Positions 1-12,300 of a stretch of DNA of 64,000 nt are shown here, piece by piece. This DNA is from Octopus bimaculoides (taxonomy: Eukaryota), in assembly GCF_001194135.2 (NCBI RefSeq), contig NC_068995.1, positions 15,036,227 through 15,100,226 of the forward strand, written 5' to 3'. Within the stretch, counting starts at the first letter, position 1. Every line of letters begins with the position of its first letter. A model generated the notes under the pieces. That model saw only the letters and a list, made by a program, of their open reading frames with translations, made no database searches and had not been told where the DNA came from. The translations under genes and the position numbers were made by a program.

Positions 1-84
1 GGAGTTTCTGCGTTCGGTTCTCTTCCAATTTAATGTAGGAGAGTTAGGTGTATATCTAAAGATATATAACCCACTCTCCTAAAG

Positions 85-116
85 TGGTGACCCCGACGTG
101 ATTCGATCATGCAGCC
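85..116 (-). pseudogene. tRNA-Trp 3' fragment including CCA (reads as a tRNA-Trp PBS on the + strand)
   Basis: TGGTGACCCCGACGTGATTCGATCATGCAGCC is the complement of the recalled metazoan tRNA-Trp 3' end with 2 mismatches in 32 nt; no intact 5' half. Confidence 0.6.
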
Positions 117-1855
117 CGGAAATGACACATATGACAAGTGCAGAAAGTCTTTGTGAGAAATTCAACTTTCAGGCTGATTATTGCATATCAATACATATTC
201 TTGTTGCCATTTTATGTTTTCTTCTATTGTGCCAGGCTGAATATGTAGCTGTGAAAACATCTATGTGTAGAGAGTGAACATCACAACTCAGCAGTTTTCT
301 TGCTCAAATGAGCTGTATTTGTAGGCTGTGTCCACGAAGGTTCTAGTCATGCCACCAGACTATCATGTGAACAGCAGCTGTTGATTGGACCAAAATTGGG
401 TTTGCGTACAGGATCAACTTATGATTTCTATGTGGCAAAAAACATGGGGTCGAATTCAACTGTAACAAGTATGTACTTTGTAGATCATGTTATTTTATTG
501 AGGGTGTGATTGTATATGGTTATGTGTTGTTTGCAGAGAGGACACTTGTGTTTTGCTGAATAGAATGAAAGTTTATTTTGCAGGATGTGGACTGTACCTA
601 ACACGTTTATAGATTGATCTGTTGTTCTTGTGACAAAATAAGAAAATAGCTGTTATCATTGTTCTAATTCTCAAATGAAATCATTTATCTGATTTCATTA
701 ATAATTCCTAAATATTAATTACGTTGATGACGTCCATAAAACATCTTTAACAAAAGTCGCCAACTTTTTTTTCATTTTGCCCTACGGACAGGTTTCATCA
801 CAAGATAATTTTTCCATGGACCAGAGGATAACACGCGTAACATAATACAACAACGTGCATAATATACAATTAACCATCATACACACACATTTATATACAC
901 ACAACACACATAATACATACATATATGCATGTATGTGTGTTAGGCACAATCGCTAGCGGCATTTCGTCTGTGTTCAAATTCTGCCGAGGTCTACTTTGCC
1001 TTTCCTTTCGCAGTTGATAAATTAATTACCAGTTACGTACAGTAGTCGATGCAATCGACTAGCCCCTTCCCCAAAATTGCTGGCCTTGTGCCAAAATTTT
1101 AACCGAATTATTATTATTATTATATATAATGCTAAAAATATCCTGTTGATGACGATAGCTAATGAAATAAAAGTGAAACTGAAAAATTTATTCTTTCTGT
1201 GCGGCATGGTGGTAGGGAGCCACCTGGTCTATAGAATCTAGCTTAGCTATTCTGTTAATCAATCTATGAATGAATTTAAAGTATTTGCAGTCACGCAATA
1301 TATTTATATACAGCTGGCAGAAAATGAGAACAATTCGAAACAGATATTAGTTAAAAAAAACAGAAACAAAAAAAGCAAAATTGTTTAAAGCGCCCTTATT
1401 TAACGTTAATATTGTTGTTAGTTGGCACTCCGTCGCTTACGACGTTGAGGGTTCCAGTTGATCTAATCAACGGAACAGCCTGCTCGTGAAATTAACATGC
1501 AGGCTGTGTACCTTTAATGTAGTTCTCGGGGATATTCAGCGTGACACAGTGTGACAAGGCTGACCCTTCGAAATACAGGCACAAGAGAAACAGGAGGAAA
1601 GTTGTGGTGAAAGAGTACAGCAGGAGCCTCGTGAAGCTTTAGGTGTTTTCGCCCTAACCACTGGGCCATTGCGCCTCCACAACGTTAATATTAATATAAT
1701 ATTATTAAGAATCGTGACTGAAGTGGATTGCTTTCTAAGGGAGGAAAAAAATTGAGAATAGTTATTTGGAGTTACTTCCCATTATGCTGTAGCTCTTTGA
1801 TGTCAATAAACCACGTTGTGGAATTCTTTCACACAATTAATTATTTCTTATTACG

Positions 1856-3391
1856 ATGGCATCATTTAAGAATACATTTATAAAACAATATCCACGTTCT
1901 CAAGAAGTCACTGCTGATAACCTTTATTGGAAACTAGAACCTGCAATAATTAAACGTGAGTACGGGGCAATCAGTTTCATAGACTTTTCTCATTTTGAAC
2001 CGTATAATTTCGCCGTTACCAATTACACGCGCTTACATATTTATAATTCGCAGACGAATCAAATCGTAAAGACTTTTTCTCGATTCAAACAAAATACATA
2101 CAGTGGATGTTTCCGTTCCGACGGCAATCTTTTAGTAGTTGGAGGTGACGAAGGAATTGTACGATTATTAGGTGTTGAGAAAGATTTTCGGTTACGAACA
2201 TTCAAGGGACATACTGCACCCGTACACGTGTCTCGCTTCACGGCTGATAATGTTCGAGTGTTTTCCGGATCAGATGATTTAACTCTGCGACTATGGGATG
2301 TACCAACGGAAACTTGTATTACTACATTCCAGGAACATAAAGACGTCATCCGATGCGGTGCTAATCCAGCTGCTAGTCCGGATATCATCTTATCTGGAGG
2401 TTACGATCACTTGATCAAAATGTTCGATACGAGACTTCAAGAAAGCGTTCTTACCGTTGATCATGGATACCCCGTTGAAAGTGTCCTCATGTTTCCTTCT
2501 GTTGGGCTTTTCTTTTCAGCTGGTGGCAATTGTATTAAAGTGTGGGATGCTTTAGCCGGTGGTAAGTTACTAAAAACTATTTCTCACCACCATAAATCTA
2601 TTACGTCTTTGGGGTTCTGCAGTGACTACAAGAGACTTCTGTCTGGATCTTTAGACAGACATGTGAAAATGTACGATACTGTAAGCTACCAAGTTGTAAA
2701 CACCTTCGATTATCCTGGGCCTATACTCAGTGTAGCCGTTTCTCCAGACGATAGTGTTATTGTGGCTGGTACTACAGATGGATTACTGTCTATACAACAC
2801 CGCAAAAAAGAAACCGATGCTACAACAACGGAACCAGAGAAACGAGTTAACAAATCGTCGTACCGATACAGAATTAATACTGGAAAGTATGTCGCCTCTG
2901 AAAAAGATGATTTAGTTATTGCGAACCCCAAAAAGAAATTCTTACCTAAATGGGATAAACAACTTAAGGCATTTAAGCACAGCAGTGCTTTGGACTCTGT
3001 GTTGGATATTCGCGTGCGTATGAAACATCCTGAAATCACTGTTAGTGTTATGCAAGAATTGATACGTCGGAATGTTATCAAATCGGCTTTACTTGGGCGA
3101 AATGAGCGCCAATTGTTAGTGTTACTCAAGTTTATCAGTGTTAATATACGAAACATGAATTTTATGTCAACCCTTGTAGATGTTACAAACATTATTTTAG
3201 ATCTGTATTCTACAACTTTCCAAAAATCCAGTAATTGCTCGGAGAGCTTAATTAAATTCCACCGATTAATTAACAATGAACTGAAATATCTCAAGATATG
3301 TTCAGAAACTCTAGGAATGATTGACTTAATATTTGCAGCAGCAGAACTTAACACCACACGTAAAGAAAATGGTTCAGGAATTTTACATTGA
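1856..3391 (+). CDS. UTP15: U3 snoRNA-associated protein 15 homolog (WD40 repeats plus UTP15 C-terminal domain), single exon, 511 aa
   Basis: Uninterrupted ORF, collinear with recalled human UTP15 over its whole length (KTFSRFK, GHT..VH, SGSDD.T..LWD, DHG.PVESVL.FPS, HHK.IT.L, LLSGSLDR.VK.Y, PEITVS..ELIRR, ETLGM.D..FA). Confidence 0.96.
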   Translation: MASFKNTFIKQYPRSQEVTADNLYWKLEPAIIKREYGAISFIDFSHFEPYNFAVTNYTRLHIYNSQTNQIVKTFSRFKQNTYSGCFRSDGNLLVVGGDEGIVRLLGVEKDFRLRTFKGHTAPVHVSRFTADNVRVFSGSDDLTLRLWDVPTETCITTFQEHKDVIRCGANPAASPDIILSGGYDHLIKMFDTRLQESVLTVDHGYPVESVLMFPSVGLFFSAGGNCIKVWDALAGGKLLKTISHHHKSITSLGFCSDYKRLLSGSLDRHVKMYDTVSYQVVNTFDYPGPILSVAVSPDDSVIVAGTTDGLLSIQHRKKETDATTTEPEKRVNKSSYRYRINTGKYVASEKDDLVIANPKKKFLPKWDKQLKAFKHSSALDSVLDIRVRMKHPEITVSVMQELIRRNVIKSALLGRNERQLLVLLKFISVNIRNMNFMSTLVDVTNIILDLYSTTFQKSSNCSESLIKFHRLINNELKYLKICSETLGMIDLIFAAAELNTTRKENGSGILH

Positions 3392-3859
3392 AATGTTTTG
3401 TTGAAATATATTTTTCTGATATTTGACATAGATTAAAAATTAAGCAAAATTTTTTATCCGTTGTTTGTTACTATTCTTTTAATTAGGCCTCACAAAAGGA
3501 GCAGTTAAAACTATTTTTCTTGCTTATTTTGAAATCTAACTTCTATAGAGTTAAAATGTGAATTTTTTCGTTGTGGCTTTTGCAAAGTTTTGATTGGAAT
3601 TCTGTTTTTACGGGCACTTTTTCCTTATTAACCCTCATCACATGTCATTTATTTTTACATTGGCCCTTTTGATATGACAAAACATAGACAGTAATTTCAA
3701 ATTATAATTTACAGAATATTCATTTGAAAACTATGAACAATGACCATACAATATAAAACAGTTTTTATTTTTTAGAAAGATCACCCATGTACCTTCATGA
3801 TCACAGGTTTAGTTTCCATAAAACCAGCTCCAATGGTGACTTATCTTTTGTTGTGCATC

Positions 3860-4800
3860 AGTTGGCTTCCTTGAAGGAATCTGGTGAAGGCAGTGTTGTT
3901 ATCCTCAATGCCAACAAAGGTTTCAACTGTATCTAGTATGAGATTCTCCTATTGAAACATTTTGCCTGTGGGTTCCACCTGTCTTTCGTCTCATGGATTA
4001 GTAGCTTTCTCTTAGGGAATGCTATTGCCACATAGAGCTCTTTCTAGCAACTCCGGTTTCACTTTTATCTCCTACTCTCTTCCTTCTGTACATCAATAAC
4101 TTGATTTTATCATATTCATCAAAGACCACTCTTATGCAGATGATATTACACTTCATTCTTTCCTCACATTCTCCAGCTTGCATTATCCAATTGCAATCTA
4201 GACACCACATGCCAAACACACACTGACTCTAAGAACAGAGACACTGAAAGCGTTTTCTAATGAGAATTTGCCAATCTTGTCTTTGAACAGCAAGGAAACA
4301 CAAACACTGCCTATATCAAGTAAACCTCTTTGCACCACAACTTCTCTTAACTATGAGCAGCACTTAGCTAGTGTTCAAATTTGTTCTAATAATTGGATCA
4401 CATTGTCACTGATTCTCTTTGGAAGAGCACTCCTTAACATAGCTCCGCTTGCATCCCAATGACTGGCCCTTGTTTAGGGCCAGAAGATACTTCGTCCCAA
4501 CAATTCTTGATTATCTACAGAACTCAGGTAAGGGGTACAGTGGAGTATTGTTCTCACAGCTTTGATGGTACTGCTGCTGTACACATAGACATTCTAGACA
4601 ACATCAAGAAAATGGCTACCTGACTGATTAGCATAAAGTTACAGACCACTCCAATATCTAGCCCACAGATGTGCTGTCTCCTCTGCCTCTTTTTTTTACT
4701 ACTACTATGCTCTTTGGAGCCAGCTTGGCTCATGCCCCTTGCTTTCAGGCATTCCCTTCCTAGTCATCTCTCCTCTCATCATTCTTCATATGTACAAAGG
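3860..4800 (+). mobile_element. Degenerate CR1/L2-group LINE reverse transcriptase remnant
   Basis: Broken frames give VILNANKGFNCI (ALDISKAFD-like), PTLFLLYINNL, YADDITLH and YRTQVRGTVEYCSH. Confidence 0.75.
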
Positions 4801-6824
4801 TTAAAAAGAAATAATGGTATCAATGCCACTAGTCTAGGAAGGTTGGCAAAAACCACAGACACTGTTTCTTCTTCCAGACCCAGTGAGTAAAACCAAAAAT
4901 ATGGTTATGAAAAATGTCATCAGGTAAACTCTTGTAAGTTGAAAAGAGAATGTCTGAAGTCAGAAGCATGGCGTGATGTTTACTTGTCTCTCTTTTATGA
5001 GTTTATTTGTAATGTTCAACACAGTCCAGATTTATCAGATCCTATCAAACTGTCCAACCCATGCCAGCATAGAAGATGGACATTAACCGATGATGATGCT
5101 GCATTGTTGGAATTTACAGAATGAAGGTTGTAGTTTATCATATAATGGTTTGGCAGTAACTCTCCTTTCACTGTAATGTCTGCCATTATATATACATACA
5201 ACAAAACATCACCCAAAATAGTGGCGATGGTGAACTTTGAGGATGTCATGACAAAAAAAAATCCATAAAAAAACAATACATTCTTTTGAGAATGGTAAAT
5301 GAAATTGGAGGAAATAATTATATTAATTGTGTGTTCATTTGTTTATGGGTTGGATTCATCAATCCTTACAAATTCATATTTTTGTTTCTACATCTCATCA
5401 AGTTCCATTCCAAGTAAGAACAACTTGAGACTATACATATTTTATATATCAATTAAATACAAGACAGGTGCATTCCTGGAGCCCTCATGTGTCCAGTGTG
5501 ATGTGTTTCATTTATTTCAGTCATCATTATCATTTTTATGTCCATGTTTCCTTTCTTCCATGGTTGAACAAGTCCTGTCCAAAATAGCATACTAGCATTT
5601 GTTGCATTCCTTGGTCATTTCTTTTATGAGTTTCAACTCCCGGAGATCAGTTTTCACCACTTCTTCCTACTGTCTCCCTTGATCTTCCTCTTCCTTTGGA
5701 TTCTTCCAGACAAATTTCTTGGCACTTCTTCACCCAGTTGTCATCAGCCATATGTATCACATGTCCATACCAGCATACCTGTCGCTCTTAAATATTACAA
5801 TTCTTTCTATACCCAGTTTTTTTCTCAGCTCATACACAATAACATTCTTTTCAAACTTCACACACCCTCTCTATTCAGTGCCCAAACCTCACTACCATAC
5901 AACATAACAGTTCTTACACAAGCATCATGCAATCTACCATTTTCACCTCCAACTTAGTCGCGTGCCTGTGTTTCGCTTATTTTTTTGTGTATTTTTTACT
6001 ACATAAATGTCATCAACTGCCTACCCTGACTAATTACTGATGGCACATGCCTGCTCTGGACCCTTGGGTTCCTTTCCTGGAATCTATTAAGTTGCAAACC
6101 GGATGTAGCCTGAATGGTTAAGAAATTCTCTTGGAATCACAATGTCTCTGTTTTAGTCCCACTGTGTGACCTCTTTAGCAAATGTCTTTTACTATAGCTT
6201 TCGGTCAACCTAAGCCTTATGAAATAAAACTGGGCAGATGGAAAGCATGTGAAGGTGCATGGCTTAGTCAGTCAAATTCACTCACAAGACATGGGTTTGC
6301 TCAAGGGTCTAGTAGAAAACACTTGCCCAAGGTGTCACACAGTGGGACTGAACCCAAAACCATATGGTTGCAAAGTGAACTTCGTAACTTCACAACCATA
6401 TCAATAGCAACAATATAATGGACTTAAGGCAGCACACTGGCAGAAATGTTAGCATGCCGGGCGAAGTGGTTACTGTAGTTTGTCTGTCTTTATGTTCTGA
6501 GTGCAAATTCCACTGAGGTGAACTTTGTCTTTCATCCTTTCGGAGTCAATAAATTAAGTACCAGTTGCATACTGGGGTCAATCTAATCGACTGGCCCCCT
6601 CCCCCAAAATTTCGGGCCTTGTGCCTAGAGTAGAAAAGAACAATATAATGGACCTTGGATTGTTGACCAGTTGTACTCTGGCACCCAATTGAATTGGTCA
6701 ACCATTGTTGAACCGCTTCCATTCTTTCTCTTTCTAATAAATATTTTCAGTCTTTTTTTTTATGAGTGAAATACAAAATAAGAACAGCAATCATTTTTTT
6801 GTTTTGATAAGCTTTATACATTTT

Positions 6825-6994
6825 TCACTTTAAGAAAGCCAAGTGTCTCGTGTTATATGATGAGAAATTGTCATCAGTTTTGTTGTAGAGAATCTTTTTA
6901 GAAGCTATTGGAGATATTGTGACATCCAAATTTAAAGGAAGAGTTGGTTTTCTGAATGGTGGGTTCATCAAGGCCTGATTGATATCTAAGTACT
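6825..6994 (-). CDS. AGBL2: Probable AGBL terminal coding exon [16 protein letters not shown]...HLAFLK*
   Basis: poly-T atttcag acceptor followed by 55 open codons and TGA; needs a phase 1 entry, which is unresolved. Confidence 0.55.
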
Positions 6995-9299
6995 CTGAAA
7001 TATAAAAAAAAAAACATCAATTACATTATATATATATATATATATATATACTTTAACTTTAATGGTTTCATTTTCATATTGAGACTACTACAGTGAAACT
7101 ATACTCTCACATATATACAGGCATACATACATACATGCATATATATATCTGCACAAATGTATCCATATACATGTATATATATATCTGCACAAATGTATCC
7201 ATATACATGTATATATATATATAGAGAGAGAGATGTATATGTATACATGTAATATGTACACATATATACATGCATACAGATATCTATATATATATATACC
7301 CATACATACACATGCACATAAACACACTAGTCATTTTTTTTTTATCCAAAACTACGTCAAAAGTACTGAATGGATCTTTATGAAATTTGGAAATTATATT
7401 CTATGCATAACGACCATAACCCCCTTGAAAATTCATATATTTTTGATGATGATGAAATTTTAACCTTAGATATTACACACAAATAAAATAATATTTCTAA
7501 AATTTCTTCTTTTTAGAAGTTACAAAGACCCCTTCATGGGCACTTCACACCCACAATTTAGTCATTTTCCTAAGCAAAGATGAATACAGTTGTACTATTG
7601 GAAGCTATAGGGTCACCCAAACATAACAGATGAGTATTATTTGTAATTCAACGGTACAACAGTGTAAAACTATCCTTTCACATATACTTACATTGTGATT
7701 TCTGCAATGTGGTGCATACATTGTCAAGTAAATGAGACACATCTTTGCCTCCACTGATTCACTTGCAAAGTGTTGAGTAAAATTATTTCGTTGCAGACCT
7801 CCTTTGAGTCTTTTTATTATCACNNNNNNNNNNNNNNNNNNNNNNNNNNNNNNNNNNNNNNNNNNNNNNNNNNNNNNNNNNNNNNNNNNNNNNNNNNNNN
7901 NNNNNNNNNNNNNNNNNNNNNNNNNNNNNNNNNNNNNNNNNNNNNNNNNNNNNNNNTTTATTGATTGTAAATTTTTTCTGCCCAGTTACCTATCGACACT
8001 TTCATTTCCCTTTACTCCAAACGTCACACGTTATTTCAATTGGGTCATGCCCTTCCAATTGCTATACATCCGTAATGCATCTTACAGCTGTGCCTGTCAC
8101 CGGTATGGTGAGGAATCCTACATTGGGGAGTAGTAACGACTAGGCTAGGGTAGCTGACTGATTATCGTGATCAGATTCCCAACAATTCAACTTCTCTGGT
8201 TGACATTAACACACCCACCCCCAATAGGGGCCTTAACTCCCACATTTTTCAGCTCCATGAGCTCCATTTTCAGGAGCAAAATCCTTTTTACAGGGTCCAT
8301 AACACTGGAATTTTGGAATGTGCACATAAATATCAGTAGTATGCGACACATGTGTCATGATTACATAAAAAGGATTTGATATGGGGAGAAAAAAATCATA
8401 CATACTCTTATTTGCTGGGGCTAGAAAACTTCTGGATCTTAAACTCAAATTCTCTGATACTTCTTTAATAAGACTGCTGCCAAAGAGTCGCTTGAATAAA
8501 AATAAAAAACAAAAATATTAACATTATAAAAAAAAAAATCAAGATAAAATGAAGACACTTGCTCAAGATGCTATATGGTGTGACTGAACCCAGAACCAAG
8601 TGATTGGGAAGCAAGCTGCTTAACCACACAGCCATACCTGTACCTACATATACACAGAACTAAAATTCAGAATTTTAATTTTAGAAACGGTAGATGCTTA
8701 CCAATGGGGTATGTCTCTCATCTCCATTCTGAGTAAGCAGTTTGGAAGAACTTTTCGACATTGGCATATTGCTTCTGTTTAGAATTAGTTTGCCAGGGGC
8801 TGTTACTTTGATATTTCTCCAAAATATTTTGTTTATTAAACCATCTAAACAGAGACAAAAACAAACCATTCTAATGTAGGCACAAGGCTTAAGACAAAAA
8901 CAACATCAAAAACAAAGTTTAGTGTTCCACCCTTTTGATACCAACCCACCCGTGACTACCTCTGTGGTCCTCTGATACACACTTACTGTTTTGAAGTGAT
9001 CTAAATTAAAATATTACATCCAAATATCACTTATTTATGCTCCAAATACCAGCTTAATAACACAACCAAGTTATTTTGCTGAATTCTTTATTATTACTCT
9101 TTTACTTGTTTCAGTCATTTGACTGCGGCCATGCTGGAACACTGCCTTTAGTCGAACAAGTCGACCCCAGAGCTTATTCTTTGTAAGCCTAGTACTTATT
9201 CTATCGGCCTTTTTTGCCAAACTGCTAAGTTACGGGGACATAAACACACCAGCACCGGTTGTCAAGCGATGTTGGGGGGACAGAGACACACAAACATAT

Positions 9300-9336
<37 letters not shown>

Positions 9337-12300
9337 CATATATACAACAGGCTTCTTTCAGTTTCCGTCTACCAAATCCACTCACAAGGCTTTGGTTGTC
9401 CCAAGGCCATAGTAGAAGACACTTGCCCAAGGTGCCACGCAGTGGGACTGAACCCGGAACCATGTGGTTCGTAAGCAAGCTACTTACCACACAGCCACTC
9501 CTACGCCTATTGTCAATATTGAAAGAAAAAATCAGGAAGCTGGCAGAGTCATTAGCATGCTGGGCAAAATGCTTAGCAGCATTTCGTCTGATTTTACATT
9601 CAGAGTTCAAATTCTGCTGAGGTCAACTTTGCCTTTTATCCCTTCAGGGTCGATTAAATAAATACTAGTTGGGCAATGGGGTTGACATAAACAACTAAAC
9701 CCTTCTTCTGAAGTTGCTGGCTTTGTGCCAAAACTTGAAACCAATATTAACTGGAACAAAAAGGCAGTGAGCTGGCAGAATCGTTAGCACCTAGATGAAA
9801 TGCTTAGTGGTATTTCGCCCATCGCTATGTTCTGAGTTCAAATTCCGCCGAGGTTGACTTTGCCTTTCAACCTTTCAGGGTCAATAAATTAAGTACCGGT
9901 TACACACTAGGGTTGATGTAATCGACTAGTTCCTTTCCCCCGAATTTCAGAAAGGATTAGCATGCTGGGCAAAGTGTTAACAGGCATTTCATTGTATCTT
10001 TACGGTCTGAGTCCAGATTCTGTCAAGATTGACTTTGCTTTTCATCCTTTCAAGATTGATTAAACAAATACCAGTCAAGTATCATTTAATGTAACCAACT
10101 TACCCTTTTCCTTGAAATTGCTGGCCTTGTGCCAAAATTTGAAACCAATATTAACTGAAACAAAGGCAGGATACTTCAATAGAAATATGGAAAGGTAAGG
10201 GTTAAATATAAAGTGCGTATGGCATCTTTTATCTGCTTTTTTTTTCTCTTTTGTTTCAATTATTAGACTGTGGCTATGCTAGTCTGGTACTTATTCTATC
10301 AGTTTGTTTTTGCCAAACTGCTAAGTTATGGCAAGGTAAACATACCAATACCAGTTGTCAAGTGGTAGGGGAGGAACAAATACAGACAAGAAGACACGTA
10401 CACACATATACAGGGTGGTCCAAAAGTAGGTTTACAGTTATCACGTAGGCACTTTAAATTTCAATCTTACAAACTGAAATGGGAGCTTGACAAAATTAAG
10501 TAAATTAGCATAAAATAATGGTTTCATATTTTTTTTATAATTAAAATCTAAACTGTTAATATATGAATGCGAAAAAGATAGTTGAATAACTGTAAACCTA
10601 CTTTTGGGCCACCCTGTATACATATACATATATGTATGTATGTATGTATGTATATCATCATCATCATCACTTAACATCTATTTTCCATGTTAGCATGGGT
10701 TGAATGGCTTGACACGGGCTGCACCAGGTTCCATAGCTGGTTTTGGCTTGGTTTCTATCTGTGTGTGTGTGCATGCGGCGGAATTTGAACTCAGAACGTA
10801 GCGATGGGCAAAATACCACTAAGCATTTCATCCAGGTGCTACCAAATCCACTCATAAGGTTTTGGTCAGCTCAAGGTTATAGTAGTTGACACTTGCCCAA
10901 GGTGCCATACAGCCATGTCTGGTTATATATTTAACAAGTTTGTTTTATAATGATGTAGCTCTGGGTTCAATCCCACTATGCAGCAACTTGGGGACGTGTC
11001 TTTGATTGACCTGGCATTTCGAGTGAAATTGGGTAGGCAGGTAGAAGCCCATCAGACTCTTCCTGTTCTTAGGTGACTGACTTAACCCTTTTGTTACCAT
11101 ATTTCTGTTAAAATACACTGTCTCTGTTGCAGTTTATTATGAAAATAATGAAGAATTTTGTAAAACAATTTAATCATTATCAAGCTGGTGTTTGGATCAT
11201 GATTTTAACATGAAATTTTGATAGATCTTAATTCAGATGACTTTAAACAAAGAAGTTTGTATCAAGACCAAGGGCAGCTTAAGGTATGTTGGTATTAAAA
11301 AGATTAATTCACTGCCTGGTTTACCAACATCCTTTGGCCCTTAGGTGACTTTAGCAAAGTCCACTCTGTCACTAATGTTTGGACCACATTCCCAATCCAA
11401 GAATCACTGCCTCCCTCACATCACCAATCAGAGGATCACAACATCCCTTTCTCCTACTTGTTTCAAACACCCTTCAACAGGCCATGGCTGCCCTTCCTCT
11501 TCTCACTTTGTCATAACAAAATTTATTAGAACGAAATGAAAACATTAGGTTTGTAAGAAAAATATTTCCTTCATACCAATGCCATGTAAAAGCGCCCATG
11601 CCCGTATCACATTAAAAGCACCCAGTACACTCTGTAAAATGGTTGGCATTAGGAAGGGCATCCAGTTGGAGAAACCATGCCAAAACAAACAAATGGAATC
11701 AAGTGCAGCTCTGCAACTCCTGTCAAACTGTCTAACTTATGCCAGCATAGAGAATGACAATGATGACAATGAAGCATTGTTATCATCATGTATTGTACAT
11801 TTTTTGCAGCACATTGATGGCACTACAGCAAAAGTCTTCTCAATCAACTGCAAATTCTCCCATTGGATGAAGACAGCATAATTTTCTTTGAACTTTCTTG
11901 TAGTGTTTTCTTGGCAGAGATATTTCGTGGTTTGCCATTTCCTTCCCCAACTGGATAGCTGTTGGCCCACAAGGAGCTAATCAATCCTCAACAGGTATTT
12001 AGTCCTGCTGGGTGTCCAGAAACCCTCCTCACAAGAGTAGCAAGCTGTTCAAGTGGGAGAGCTGGTTTAGCCACTGACCACAGAACAGGTAGTTCTGGTT
12101 TACATGGTCCCAGGAGCAGGTCTCATCAGCCTGTGATGAGATCCCTAACCTGACTTCCATTTTACAAGCATAGATTCATTAAAATGTATAACCATGTCCA
12201 ATATACTAATCAAGCTAATTAAGATGGATATTAAAATTTTCATTAGCCTGGTAAGGCAGCAAGCTGGAAAAATTGTTAGCACATTGGGAAAATGCTTACC

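Noticed and set aside
2059-3429. Antisense ORFs 2059-2388 and 2710-3429
   Set aside because: Shadows of the UTP15 CDS with no recognisable protein features.
7088-7463. YI/VC-rich ORFs (also 13197-13496 and 33526-33846)
   Set aside because: TA/CA microsatellites and a 38-bp tandem duplication.
11700-12160. Coding-looking minus-strand segment
   Set aside because: Stops in all frames, no good splice sites and no family I can recognise with confidence.
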